Assembly: GCA_965153285.1 (NCBI GenBank)
Contig: OZ229117.1
Origin: Podarcis tiliguerta
Lineage: Eukaryota
Length of the DNA: 64,000 bases
Direction: 5' to 3' (one strand)
The translations under genes were made by a program, and so were the position numbers. Shown here in pieces: positions 11,991-23,425 of this stretch. Numbering within the stretch: the first letter of the stretch is position 1; each line of letters opens with the position of its first letter. The notes beneath the pieces were generated by a model. The model was not told where the DNA came from, made no database searches, and worked only from the letters and a program-made list of their open reading frames with translations.

Positions 11991-12663
11991 ACCAACCAAA
12001 TTCATTGGATAGAGTTCTTCTCCAGACATGGGACAAATAAGTAAAAGTTGCCTATTTCCATTCCTATTTCTGTTTTCATCAGGATTCTCTGACCTTTCTA
12101 TCCATCAGCATTTCCCACTGATTTCAGTCAGATTTACTTCCAAGTGCACTTAGGATTGCAGTCTCAGCTGTCAGAAAGGACACCTTGAATTGATCCCGGA
12201 TGTCTCTAGTCAGGGCTGATGCTGGAAAAACAGTGAGGAAAGCAGAAAGAGCTGTCTGTCTTTAAGCTGAAGGGACTGACAAAGAATATTTGAAAAGTCC
12301 AGCAAAGTTGGTGTTCAGGGTCATGAAACTGGCTGTTCTGAGTGGATTTCTCCCCCACCAAATAAACCCCCACCTTTTGCTGGCGCATCAGATATAGATT
12401 TTTTCCCCATCTTCTGTTGTTGTTCTATTTGCCTCAAAGGTTAATACATGTTGGTTATGAATGGGATTCTTGCAAAAAGGCAATTATCTCTAGCGCAATT
12501 ATAGAGTTTCCCACTCAACAATACATGGCTTCTCTGTATACATTGTAACTACTTTTTTCTCATTAGCATTGGCTCAGTTGTTTATTGGGAAGATTATTCT
12601 AGCAAAGGAGCTGGAAGGATGTGATGGTGGTGGTAAACTCGCTGCCTTGGCTGCACCACCCTT

Positions 12664-12906
12664 AGAAGAAGAGTTTGGATTTGATATCCCGCTTTATCAC
12701 TACCCGAAGGAGTCTCAAAGCGGCTAACATTCTCCTTTCCCTTCCTCCCCCACAACAAACACTCTGTGAGGTGAGTGGGGCTGAGAGACTTCAAGAAGTG
12801 TGACTGGCCCAAGGTCACCCAGCAGCTGCATGTGGAGGAGCGGGGACGCGAACCCGGTTCACCAGATTACGAGTCTACCACTCTTAACCACTACACCACA
12901 CTGGCT
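12664..12906 (-). mobile_element. Young full-length Squam3-type (MIR-derived CORE) SINE
   Basis: tRNA head with A/B boxes (gtggtgtagtgg, ggttcgcgtcc), CORE gtgaccttgggc, (TCT)n tail, CpGs retained, probable TSD CTTAGA. Confidence 0.85.
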
Positions 12907-13472
12907 CTTAGACTATCACATAACAGATTTCTCTACCATGGTAAAAGTGTTCCTGCTAGGGAAGGGGGAGAAATTCGGCTCAATGCAAATTTGAAGGTGA
13001 ACTTACATAATTTGCAATTTCTGAAACAAGATGTAAACTGAGCCACCGCCATCCCTTCAAAGTTGTCATTTCTCCAACAGCACAATTTGCGGCACTGTTC
13101 TCCAACCATGCAATGTGTACAAAAAAAATGTATACAGTAGGTTAAAGTGTGCATATATTAGTGAAAATAAGACACAAAAATGCATTATATCAGGAGAAAT
13201 TGCATGCAAAAAGAAGAGCCTGCTTGCTCAAGCTAATGGCTCATCCAACATCCTGTTCTCACATTGGCCAGCAAGATGCTTGTAGGAAACCATCATTACT
13301 GGGGCCTCCTGTGGCTTCCGGCAAGTGGTGTTCAGTCAGTCTCTGGCTGTGGAAGCAGAGCCGAGCCATTGTAGCTAGTGGGAATCATAGAATCATAGAA
13401 TCATAGAATCATAGAGTTGGAAGAGACCACAAGGGTCATCGAGTCCAACCCCCTGCCAAGCAGGAAACACCA

Positions 13473-16394
13473 TCAGAGCACTCCTGACATATGGTTGTCA
13501 AGCCTCTGCTTAAAGACCTCCAAAGAAGGAGACTCCACCACACTCCTTGGCAGCAAATTCCACTGTCGAACAGCTCTTACTGTCAGGAAGTTCTTCCTAA
13601 TGTTTAGGTGGAATCTTCTTTCTTGTAGTTTGGATCCATTGCTCCGTGTCCGCTTCTCTGGAGCAGCAGAAAACAACCTTTCTCCCTCCTCTATGTGACA
13701 TCCTTTTATATATTTGAACATGGCTATCATATCACCCCTTAACCTCCTCTTCTCCAGGCTAAACATGCCCAGCTCCCTTAGCCGATCCTCATAAGGCATT
13801 GTTTCCAGGCCTTTGACCATTTTGGTTGCCCTCCTCTGTACACGTTCTAGTTTGTCAGTGTCCTTCTTGAACTGTGGTGCCCAGAACTGGACACAGTACT
13901 CCAGGTGAGGTCTGACCAGAGCAGAATACAGTGGCACTATAACTTCCCTTGATCTAGATGCTATACTCCTATTGATGCAGCCCAGAATTGCATTGGCTTT
14001 TTTAGCTGCCGCGTCACACTGTTGGCTCATGTTAAGTTTGTGGTCAACCAAGACTCCTAGATCCTTTTCACATGTACTGCTCTCAAGCCAGGTGTCACCC
14101 ATCTTGTATTTGTGCCTCTCATTTTTTTTGCCCAAGTGCAATACTTTACATTTCTCCCTGTTAAAATTCATCTTGTTTGTTTTGGCCCAGTTCTCTAATC
14201 TGTCAAGGTCATTTTGAAGTGTGATCCTGTCTTCTGGGGTGTTAGCCACCCCTCCCAGTTTGGTGTCATCTGCAAATTTGATCAGGATGCCCTTGAGTCC
14301 ATCATCCAAGTCGTTGATAAAGATGTTGAATAAGACCGGGCCCAAGACAGAACCCTGTGGCACCCCACTAGTCACTCTTCTCCAGGATGAAGAGGAACCA
14401 TTGATGAGCACCCTTTGGGTCCGGTCAGTCAGCCAGTTACAAATCCACTGAGTGGTAGCATAGTCAAGACCGCATTTTACCAGCTTCTTTACAAGAATAT
14501 CATGGGGCACCTTGTCAAATGCCTTGCTGAAATCAAGGTAGACTACATCCACTGCGTTCCCTTCATCTACCAGGCTTGTAATTCTGTCAAAAAATGAGAT
14601 CAGGTTAGTCTGACATGACTTATTTTTCAGAAATCCATGCTGACTATTGGTGATCACAGCATTCCTTTCTAGGTGCTCACAGATTGTTTGCTTAATGATC
14701 TGCTCCAGAATCTTCCCTGGTATTGATGTTAGACTGACTGGGCGGTAATTATTTGGGTCCTCTCTTTTCCCCTTTTTGAAAATAGGGACAACATTTGCCC
14801 TCCTCCAGTCTGCCGGGACTTCGCCTGTTCTCCAGGAATTCTCAAAGATGACTGCCAGTGGTTCTGAGATCACATCTGCCAGTTCTTTTAATACTCTTGG
14901 ATGCAGTTCATCTGGCCCTGGAGACTTGAATACATCTAAACTAGCCAAGTATTCTTGTACTATCTCCTTAGTTATTCTGGGCTGTGTTTCCTCTGCTGAA
15001 TCATTTCCTCCAAATTCTTCAGGTCGGGCATTGTTTTCTTTATCGGAGAAGACTGAGGCAAAGAAGGCATTGAGGAGTTCAGCCCTTTCTGTGTCCCCTG
15101 TTTGCATTTCACCATCTTCTCCTCTGAGTGACCCCACTGTTTCTTTGTTCTTCCTTTTGCTACGAACATACCCATAGAAGCCTTTTTTGTTGCTTTTAAC
15201 CTCTCTAGCAAGCCTGAGTTCATTCTGTGCTTTAGCTTTTCTGACTTTGTGTCTACACGTGCTGGCTATTTGTTTGAATTCCTCTTTGGTGGTTTCGCCC
15301 CTTTTCCATTTTTTGTACACATCCTTTTTTAATCTTAACTCAGTTAAAAGTTCTTTAGATAGCCACCCTGGCTTCTTTAGGCACCTTCCATGTTTCCGTC
15401 TCATTGGTATTGCCTGAAGTTGTGCTTTTACTATCTCCCTCTTAACAAACTCCCAGCCATCATGAACTCCCTTTCCTTTTAGTATAACTGTCCATGGGAT
15501 CTCACCCAGCACTTCCCTAAGTTTTATGAAGTCGGCTTTCTTAAAGTCAAGAAATTGAGTCCTAGTATGCTTGGCTGCTCCTTTCCGTTGTATAGTAAAC
15601 TTCAGAAGAGCATGATCACTTGCGCCTAATGATCCTTCCACTTCTACCCCATTAACCAGGTCATCGACATTGGTTAGGACCAGATCTAAAATGGCTGTTC
15701 CTCTTGTTGCTTCTCCCACTTTCTGGACAATGAAGTTGTCTGCAAGGCCAGTGAGGAATCTGTTTGACCTTATGCTCTTGGCTGAGTTTGACATCCAACA
15801 AATATCTGGGTAATTGAAGTCCCCCATTACTACTATCTCCCTTCCTTTTGCATGCTTGGCCATCTGTTCCAGGAAGGCATCATCTATGTCCTCCGTTTGG
15901 CTTGGGGATCTATAGTAAACTCCCACAATGAGGTCACTATTATTCTTCTCTCCCTTAATTTTGACCCAAATGCTCTCACTTTGGCTTTGAGGTTCTAAAT
16001 CTTGGATCTCTTCACAGGTATACACATCCCTGACATATAACGCCACTCCTCCTCCTTTCTTGTCTGGTCTGTTTCTCTGAAATAGATTGTATCCCTCCAT
16101 TTTTACATTCCAATCGTGGGACTTATCCCACCAGGTTTCAGTGATGCCTATTATGTCATATTTAGTTTGTTGTACCAAGAGCTCAAGCTCATCTTGTTTA
16201 TTTCCCATGCTTTGTGCATTAGTGTACAGACATTGAAGTCCATTAGTCATTCCCCCGTGTCTCTTATTTAAGGATTTTTTCCTCCCACCACTAGGTCTGC
16301 TTGCTGTTTGCTCCATTTGGTCTATGACATTTGGATGATCATCTTCATCAATTAATAGACTCCTACCTTCAGGAGCACTGTCTCCCTCCCCCAC
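13473..16394 (-). CDS. CR1 ORF2 (APE endonuclease + reverse transcriptase), uninterrupted, 973 codons; ORF-finder start is GTG, first in-frame ATGs at 16316 and 16250
   Basis: [52 protein letters not shown] motifs. Confidence 0.95.
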   Translation of the reverse strand: MGEGDSAPEGRSLLIDEDDHPNVIDQMEQTASRPSGGRKKSLNKRHGGMTNGLQCLYTNAQSMGNKQDELELLVQQTKYDIIGITETWWDKSHDWNVKMEGYNLFQRNRPDKKGGGVALYVRDVYTCEEIQDLEPQSQSESIWVKIKGEKNNSDLIVGVYYRSPSQTEDIDDAFLEQMAKHAKGREIVVMGDFNYPDICWMSNSAKSIRSNRFLTGLADNFIVQKVGEATRGTAILDLVLTNVDDLVNGVEVEGSLGASDHALLKFTIQRKGAAKHTRTQFLDFKKADFIKLREVLGEIPWTVILKGKGVHDGWEFVKREIVKAQLQAIPMRRKHGRCLKKPGWLSKELLTELRLKKDVYKKWKRGETTKEEFKQIASTCRHKVRKAKAQNELRLAREVKSNKKGFYGYVRSKRKNKETVGSLRGEDGEMQTGDTERAELLNAFFASVFSDKENNARPEEFGGNDSAEETQPRITKEIVQEYLASLDVFKSPGPDELHPRVLKELADVISEPLAVIFENSWRTGEVPADWRRANVVPIFKKGKREDPNNYRPVSLTSIPGKILEQIIKQTICEHLERNAVITNSQHGFLKNKSCQTNLISFFDRITSLVDEGNAVDVVYLDFSKAFDKVPHDILVKKLVKCGLDYATTQWICNWLTDRTQRVLINGSSSSWRRVTSGVPQGSVLGPVLFNIFINDLDDGLKGILIKFADDTKLGGVANTPEDRITLQNDLDRLENWAKTNKMNFNREKCKVLHLGKKNERHKYKMGDTWLESSTCEKDLGVLVDHKLNMSQQCDAAAKKANAILGCINRSIASRSREVIVPLYSALVRPHLEYCVQFWAPQFKKDTDKLERVQRRATKMVKGLETMPYEDRLRELGMFSLEKRRLRGDMIAMFKYIKGCHIEEGERLFSAAPEKRTRSNGSKLQERRFHLNIRKNFLTVRAVRQWNLLPRSVVESPSLEVFKQRLDNHMSGVL

Positions 16395-16399
16395 ATTAG

Positions 16400-16659
16400 T
16401 CAGTTTAAAGCCCTCCTGATGAGGTTTCTTAGTTTTTTGGCAAAAACATTCCTCCCAACCGTTGTGAGGTGCAGCCCATCGCTTGCCAGAAGTCCATCCT
16501 CAAGAAACTGCAGTCCGTGATCTAAGAATCCAAACCGTTCCTGTTTACACCATTTGCGAAGCCAGCTGTTTACTTCCACTATTTTCCTCTCTCTCCCTGG
16601 GCCACGTCGTTCAACTGGGAGGACAGATGAGATGACGATTTGTGCATTTAATTGCTTCA
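16400..16659 (-). CDS. CR1 ORF1 C-terminal fragment (SGNH esterase-like domain)
   Basis: IVISSVLP...GFLDHG...DGLHLT...RALN*: DxxH motif of the CR1 ORF1 esterase. Confidence 0.85.
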
Positions 16660-17899
16660 TGGATAACCTTCTTCACTATTAATTCGTCCAATCCTCTTTT
16701 AAAGCCAAAAATGTTGGTGGTCATCACTGCCTCCTGTGGGAGCAAATTCTATAGTTTAACTATGCTCGCCTACAAATGCATGGTAGGAGAAATTCACAAT
16801 GAAATGCTGATGAATTTTCATGCAGTCTTTTTTTAAAAAATGAAATAAAAATTGCAGACTGATGTGGAAATGTGGGGAACTGAGCTTCAGGTTGGAAAAA
16901 TGAGTGACACCCAAACTGATAGATTTGCACACGCACCCCACTCTATAAGAAGGAACATTTCCATTGTGCAATTTCTCCCAGCGCCACCCACACTCTGGAG
17001 TAGTGCAAGCCGGGTATGGTTTTACCGCCACCAAAAAAATTCACCCAGTGAAGACCTGCGTTATGAATGCATAACCATTATGCATCATTTATTCAGGTAT
17101 ACAAGCTCCCAGTGTGGTTTGCTGATTCTCGCCCCAATGTGTGGGAGACACAATGTCATTTGTCTGCTTAATGTCTGCTCAGTTAAGCAGTCACATGAGA
17201 GAAATTCCTGCTGCAGAAAATCAGTGTGGGTCTAAGGAAGTGGAAAATTTGACTCATGTATTCCATCCCACTCAATGTAATTTTGACAGTGGCTTACATG
17301 GAAGCATTTATTTATCAACTGTTCAAACACTACCCAGAATTAATAGTAATACTACCAGTAATGTTACTATTACTACTCATATTGTTGGGTTTTTATTTTT
17401 CCCCCCAAAGTCAATTTTCTATTATTAGATATCAGGCCTTATGTCATGGGGGAGCTATTATTATTAATATTATTAACAATATCAATAACCTGCCCTTCAT
17501 CCTAAGATCCTAGGGCAGGTTACAGCATTAAAAACAAAATTTAAAAACAATTTTAAAGCAACTTAAATTATTGGCTGCCACTACAATGCACTGAAGTTGA
17601 TAGCAGAATATAAATAATCATCTTGAGTCAACAGCAAATTATCTGTAGTATGTATGCCACATTGGTTCATTCTGAAGAGTTTGGGTAATCTAGCCTTTCC
17701 CCAAATTAAAATTATATTTTACATTTTAAAAAACAAACTAATCATATTGAAAAGGCTTTGAGAAGGAGGAGGTGCTGGAACAGCAGAGAGGGCATTGGGT
17801 GATTCCCCCCAGGTGTTCAGAACCTGATGTGTCCATTAATCTTCTGATACTGGTATTAGAATGAAATCCCTTAATACACTGACCAGGGAGTAAACCCCA

Positions 17900-18110
17900 T
17901 TAGACACAATGGAACTTTCTTTTTTCTGAGCTACATTTCTCAGAGTTTCCTGTGAAGGGACCACTCTGAGCATGGTAGCTCTGTAAGGGGAATGGGGGTC
18001 TCCCACAACTCTCAGCACCCTTAACAAAATACAGCTCCCATAATTCTTTGGGAGAAGATGCAACTTTTTAAAGTAGTATCATAATGCTTTAAATGTATCT
18101 GGAAGTGGTC
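17900..18110. mobile_element. Palindromic MITE fragment
   Basis: gtagctctg...caactctcagcacccttaacaaa-tacag-tccc...gctttaaatgta; second copy at ~63385-63525. Confidence 0.55.
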
Positions 18111-18679
18111 CTTATTTGAAGTGGAATCCACGAAATCAAGCAAAAGGGAAGGAAGAGTAAGAAACCCTTAGATCTCTTTCAAAGCGTAGCATCTGATAGC
18201 TGGTGCTGGATGTAATAGCTTCCAAATCAGCATTAATCTTGCATAACCATCACTGTTACAAAGCATCTCCTTTTCTCAGTCTGCTTTGTTAATAGCTTGT
18301 CAGATATCACCTAGAAAGCATCTGTTACTGATGCTGCAAACAGCTCCCCTTTGTGACTTATCTTGCCAGGGATGACGACTCAATCTATTTGTTTTCTTGG
18401 AGGTGCCACCACCAGCAGCAGCACCCCACTACCACTGCCAGTTTGAAGGCATCTATCAATCAGGCTGGAAACACAATCTAAGAGGCAAAAGGGGGTACCC
18501 CAAAATGGAGGTTAAGGGTAGTGTGAGGCATAAGCCATTTATGGTGAAGAACCCATGGGTTGTACCAACTAAGTTTTGCTCAAAGTAGTCCCATGTCCAT
18601 TAGGTTCAGTGGTTTACAGTGAGTAGGACAAACACTGGATATAACCACAGATTCAGGAGAGGGTAAATAATATCATATA

Positions 18680-19230
18680 TGCAAGCGTATTGGCAAAGCA
18701 GCTACGAAAGTGGCTCACCTCTGCAAAAGGGTATGGGAGAATGTGATGCTAACAACCAACACCAAGATGGAAGCCTACCAGGCTTGTGTGTTGAGCATGC
18801 TGCTTTACAGAAGTGACTCATTCACAACTTGCAACCACCAAGAGCTATGCCTCAATGCTTTCCATATGTGGTCCATCAGGAAGATTTTGGGCATCACATG
18901 GCAGGACAGAGTCTCAAACAAATATGCACTCTCCAAAGCCCACTTGCCCAGCATGTTCACAGTTTTGTCTCAGCAACATCTGTACTGTCTTGGTAATGTA
19001 CACAGAATGGAAGATGGCTCAATCTCCAAAGACATGCTCTACAAGGAGGGCAGAGAGAAGAAACACCATGGTGCACCTGTAGCAGCAAGACTGGATGCTT
19101 TCGTCTGCCCCACCTGCAATAAAACATACCTCTCCCATATTGGTCTCTACTGCCACAGCAGGTGCTGTAACTTCCCATAGGTTTGACTTTACCCTTCCAT
19201 TGCCTCCCAAGGCAGGTGGATGCCAACACA
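18680..19230 (+). mobile_element. RTE-clade LINE 3' fragment (non-BovB), internally deleted
   Basis: RIGKA...TKMEAYQACVLSMLLY...LNAFH...ILGITWQDRVSN...LGNVHRMEDG then C-terminal CPTC...IGLYCH zinc finger. Confidence 0.85.
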
Positions 19231-19299
19231 TATGTGGTCTGAATTGGGAGTGACTGACCAGGCAAAAGATCTTGGGGTCATGGCAGATAGAATTTCTTG

Positions 19300-19472
19300 A
19301 CATGGCACATAGTTAAACTATGAAGTTTGCTCCTGTATAATAACCAGCAACTTGGATGATTTTGAAGAGGGGTTAGACAATGTCATGGAAGATCAGACTA
19401 TCAATAGCTACCAGTGTTGGCACTAGATTAGTCAATAGTCTGGATCAGTTTAAAGCAGTTGTCTGCATTCCT
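19300..19472 (+). mobile_element. CR1 3' fragment
   Basis: ...NLDDFEEGLDNVMEDQTINSY-like ORF2 end. Confidence 0.6.
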
Positions 19473-20214
19473 AAGGGTGTGGGACTCTGAGTAAACATGC
19501 ATAAAAGCAAGTTGTAAGGTTGCAATCTTAAGCATGAGAGTAAGTTCCATTGATAAACGTCTGGGTAAACATGCATCAGATCAGACTGCTAATCTACTAT
19601 TTCCACTGGAATGACTGTACTTGACAAATAATCTTTCTGTCCCCAGTCAACTCTTTCCTCCTCTCTTTAAGTAACGAGGGTGACCCTGAGCTTCAAATCC
19701 CAGCTCTCTATTATTTTCCAGGGGTAGTGATTGCATTCACTTCCATTTTGAAAGTGCACAGAGACAAATGAGATTTCAATCAGCAGGAGAGGTGTGGGGA
19801 CTCTCAGCTCATATTAGCTGATAATAATTGCTCTGGGAGTAGGAAAGTTGCCCGTACATTTTTATTTTTTGTTCCCTTCTCTGCTGGTTAGTTTGCAGAA
19901 CAAAATGTTTGTTCCCGTGCCAGCTGAAGAAGGCGGGATAAGTCCTTGAGTGAGGACAAAGTCTTCCTTCCTTTTGTTTTGTTGCCTGGAAGTGAACAAA
20001 AAGGACCCAGGTGTGCAGCTTAAGACTGCTAGGAACATAGATGGGTGGTGGTATGGCAGATAGTAAGTAAACCCCAGCAGGTGCAGTCAGGTCAAATGCT
20101 GCATGTTGTGGGCAGTGAACAGGAAAAAGTCGTGGATTCTCACAGGGAAGACCCAAGGGATGCTTTGTCAGCAGGGATCAGCTGGCTGTTGACAACAGCC
20201 TTGTTACAAATTGG

Positions 20215-20470
20215 AGCTTGGCTGCCATCCCAGCTTCATCGCTTGACCCTTGTGCATGATGTCTTGGAATGCAAGCCCTCAGAGCCAGGTTTCCATGTAA
20301 CACTAAACCCTAGTCCTGCCCTAGTGAACAGTCAATATGCCACATTTGGCACTAGATGCAGTTTCTGGAGCCACCTCAAGGGCAGTCCCACATAGAGCAC
20401 CTTGCAGTAATCCAGCCTAGAGGTTACCATGGATGACAGTGGTCTGGCTATCCTGGCCCAGAAGTGGGTA
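20215..20470 (-). mobile_element. L2 ORF2 fragment
   Basis: Minus translation VTSRLDYCKVLYVGLPLRWLQKLHLV. Confidence 0.75.
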
Positions 20471-20509
20471 TAACAATATTACCAACATTTAAAGGCCAAT
20501 CAGCCCCAA

Positions 20510-20765
20510 AGGCCAATGCATTCCAAAACAATATGTGAACCAAAACACAGTCATCCTTCTTGACTCACACCTCTCCAAATTTTGCGCTGCTGTTCTCCAA
20601 CTATGTCTACAGAAATGCATGTACAAGGTTAAAGCGTGCAGGAAATGCATATTAGTGAAAATGTCATAGAAAAATGTGTTCTGTTTGTGAAAATTGCTCT
20701 GGGGGAAAAATGTGTATAATTAAAGGAAATTATGTACAAGTGTTTAGTCATTTGGTTACAGTTAA
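20510..20765 (+). mobile_element. AT-rich MITE fragment (12957 family)
   Basis: ctccaaattttgc...gcatattagtgaaaat motif. Confidence 0.6.
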
Positions 20766-20770
20766 ACATT

Positions 20771-21629
20771 GTGTTCTCCAGAGGTCTACCACCCTGGTGA
20801 GGAGTAACCAACCTCTAAACCGCAAGAAACACCTCTCAAATGACACAATGGAGACAGCGAAGTAGGATGTCTTTGTTGCCCTCATAGCCACACCAGAGAC
20901 GGCCCTGAAGAGTGTTCCTGTCAAAATTCCAAAGAGAAACTAGGGTCTTAACAAGATCACCTGCTCTACTCTACTCACTGGGGGGGGGGGGGGAGACCAT
21001 CCAGAGCAATCTCTGGGGTGGACCATTGGTGTCCTACCCTTGCAAGGAAGAATTGTCAGCAAATCCAAACCTCATCAGGAAGTCGTATGACCATGAGAAT
21101 GTAGTGATATCCGCCCTACCTATTCCCAGACCACCACCACCCTTACCTGCATGGGGGCAAACACTAAATAAAGGGTATGACCAATGAACATCTATGCATT
21201 GTACCAATGGCCTTCTGAGAGAGGCATATGGTTGCCATGGAGGACATAAACTTGTGAGCCAGACCTGAGGCATCCTCAGCATGAATTCTGAAGTCACCCC
21301 AAAACCATGGTCCTGGGTCCCTTCAACCCCACGCCAGAGGCAACCTTGGCCAGCTTGATCAGGGAGACATTTAAGCACCAGGTGAGTAGTATACTAACAG
21401 CATTCCTAACTTGTCCCTTTGGCCCAACATCAGATGCTGACCCTCCAGTCTCACTTCAAGACTGAGGGGTTTTCCAGTGGTGGAAAATGAACTCCTGTGG
21501 TCTACAGCAGAACCTCCACCCTGCCCCTCCAGTGTAGCCTGATATCACACCAAGTCCACAGGTGGGCAGAGCTGAGTCAAATTTGGCCCTCCCAGGTCAG
21601 TCCCCCCGCCCCATGTCTCGGTGAAACAC
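20771..21629 (+). mobile_element. Candidate solo LTR or terminal-inverted-repeat element
   Basis: Imperfect terminal inverted repeat gtgttctccagag/ctcggtgaaacac flanked by direct repeat ACATT; two CCAAT boxes, cataaa, donor CAG|GTGAGT. Confidence 0.4.
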
Positions 21630-21699
21630 ACATTTGCATTCCACTGATGTAATAAAAAAAATTCCTTTGTTTTCAGGATTTGTGAGCAGTCTGTTCAGC

Positions 21700-22170
21700 A
21701 GGCTCAGGGACGACAGTGTGTGTATAGCTAAACAAGGGGAATTAGAATCCCCTCATCAACCATCAGTTGCCAATAGTGATAAACTTGCCACTCAGATAAG
21801 TTGCTGCCTCCCCCTTCCTTAAACACAGTTTCCCTGCAACATAAAGGTCAATTGAATTCATTACGGTGTTAAATGAAGTTCTGAGATTGATTGAGGGCTC
21901 CTTTTTAACGTTTGAAATAAATGAGTTGGTTTCTGCTTGACAAAATGCTGTAAAGGTCTCATATAAACTTCCCATTTAATATCCGAACTAATTTCTTTAC
22001 ATCATTTCCCTCTCAGTCTTTAATTTTGTGGCACTTAATTACCCTTCCCACCTTAAAAGGAAAAAAAAAGTCTCCAATATAATGCAGTCAGTGTTAATTT
22101 GAAAAAGGGAGATCAACAATCTGAAAAAAAGTTGAGTGTGGTGAGATGCAGAAAATGTTGCAGCTGGGCC
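21700..22170. promoter_or_regulatory. Candidate conserved non-coding enhancer
   Basis: TE-free, rich in TAAT/ATTA, TGATTGA, AAAGGTC motifs. Confidence 0.4.
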
Positions 22171-22416
22171 AGATGAAAACATAAGCACTAAGGCACCAAT
22201 CCTGGGGACCACAGGATAGATGCTAAAGGCATCCCAGGGGAAATAGGATAGAGAAGGGATGAGGAACCTCAGGCCTGAGGGTCAAATGTAGCCTTCCAGG
22301 TCTCTTTGCCTGGCCTTTGCCAGGACACACACCCTCAACATGAACATGTGAAGAGAGTGCCTCGCTCTCTGGCTGCGAAGAAAGGAGCTGAACTGCTTCT
22401 CTCTCAGAGGTAGTGC

Positions 22417-22433
22417 CGCTGCCATCTGCTGGC
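22417..22433 (-). promoter_or_regulatory. CTCF-like motif CCAGCAGATGGCAGC
   Basis: Matches the core consensus CCASYAGRKGGCRS. Confidence 0.45.
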
Positions 22434-22524
22434 TTTTACCAATGACTTTGTGGGTGCTTGGCGCTCACAATTATATTATTGTGGATGCCCAGGCACCCAT
22501 AACCCCCTGGAGTTGGCTCCTATG

Positions 22525-22935
22525 CTGTTACATAAAGAAAACACAGGAAAGGAAAGATGAGAGCTTCTTAAAATAATGGGAACTGATAAGGAAATGACTG
22601 TGGCTGAGTTCAAACAAGTGCATCAGTTTCTGGAGGATGAAGAGAAGTGCCTGGTGAATGAGGGGAAAGAGATAGAGAAGGAGATGGTGAAGAAACATTT
22701 GGCCAGACTCTCTGAGGAGCTCTTCTCTCCTGAATGTATCATCCAGGAATCAGAGAAGTATCAGCAGCAACCGAGTAAACTCCTGCAGACTTCATAAGTA
22801 TGTTGCAAAGGTATGAGTAGGTAGAGAAATTTGAAAATCCAGTGGTTTTCCCTCCTTCAGTGAGATGGCAAATATGGGAACTTTGTGATATAAATCCCAT
22901 TCTGAAGGGTGCCACAAGTCAATACAAAGACTCTC
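22525..22935 (+). pseudogene. Processed pseudogene fragment of a reptile TRIM (RFP/TRIM27/TRIM39-like), coiled-coil and linker region
   Basis: TVAEFKQVHQFLEDEEK...LARLSEEL...KLLQ-(fs)-FISMLQRYE*VEKFENPVVFPPSVRWQIWELCDINPILKG...YKD; stops and a frameshift; no introns. Confidence 0.85.
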
Positions 22936-23039
22936 ACAGATGGATATTGGCTACATTAAATGACTCAACAGTCATTTAGACCCAGAACTGGAACCCCCTG
23001 AAGCACTAGCAGATCTCTCCATGGAGATTAAAGATGTGG

Positions 23040-23425
23040 ACAAAACTGGAAAGAAGAACTGAGCCCCAAAAGATTGGCAACTAAAACTGATGGAACATGC
23101 AGAGATGGCGAAACTTATCGGAAGATTAAGAGATCAAGATGATAAATGTTTTGTAGCAGAACGGGGAAAATTTATTGAATATATTAAAACAAACTGTAAA
23201 CAATCGAAAACGTTGATATAAACACAAGCTGTAAGAAATCTAAGGGAATTAAAAAGGATAAACTGGTAAAAAGGGTAAATTTGGATACGCAGTAAGAATA
23301 TGATAGAAAAATAAGAAACCACAGAACGGAAGGGAGGAAAGTCATAGAAAACATTATTGAATTTTTGTGGATTTCCATTCATTGTTGAATATTATAAAAT
23401 GGAATAACAGAAAATATATATTTTT
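23040..23425 (+). mobile_element. L1 LINE 3' fragment
   Basis: KDWQLKLMEHAEMAKLIGRLRDQDDKCFVAERGKFIEYIKTNC, squamate L1 ORF2 C-terminus, then 3'UTR. Confidence 0.7.

Larger units (their letters stand above)
13382..16659 (-). mobile_element. Young CR1 LINE, 5'-truncated within ORF1
   Basis: (ATTCTATG)n octamer tail, short 3'UTR, intact ORF2, ORF1 C-terminus. Confidence 0.97.
13210..16768 (-). mobile_element. Old CR1 3' fragment (parts 13210-13381 and 16660-16768) interrupted by the young CR1
   Basis: ...cattgtagctagtgg | catggataacc...ttttaaagcc...gcctcctgtggg is colinear with the uninterrupted copy at 49545-49980. Confidence 0.8.
12957..16940 (+). mobile_element. AT-rich MITE (TAGGGA...CATCCC-type termini, probably hAT) interrupted by nested CR1s; MITE parts ~12957-13211 and ~16770-16940
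   Basis: Both halves are colinear with other copies at 30380-30817, 31700-32048, 57067-57335. Confidence 0.7.

Noticed and set aside
13972-15417. Several plus-strand ORFs over the CR1, and minus-strand ORFs over BovB
   Set aside because: Antisense shadows of LINE coding sequence
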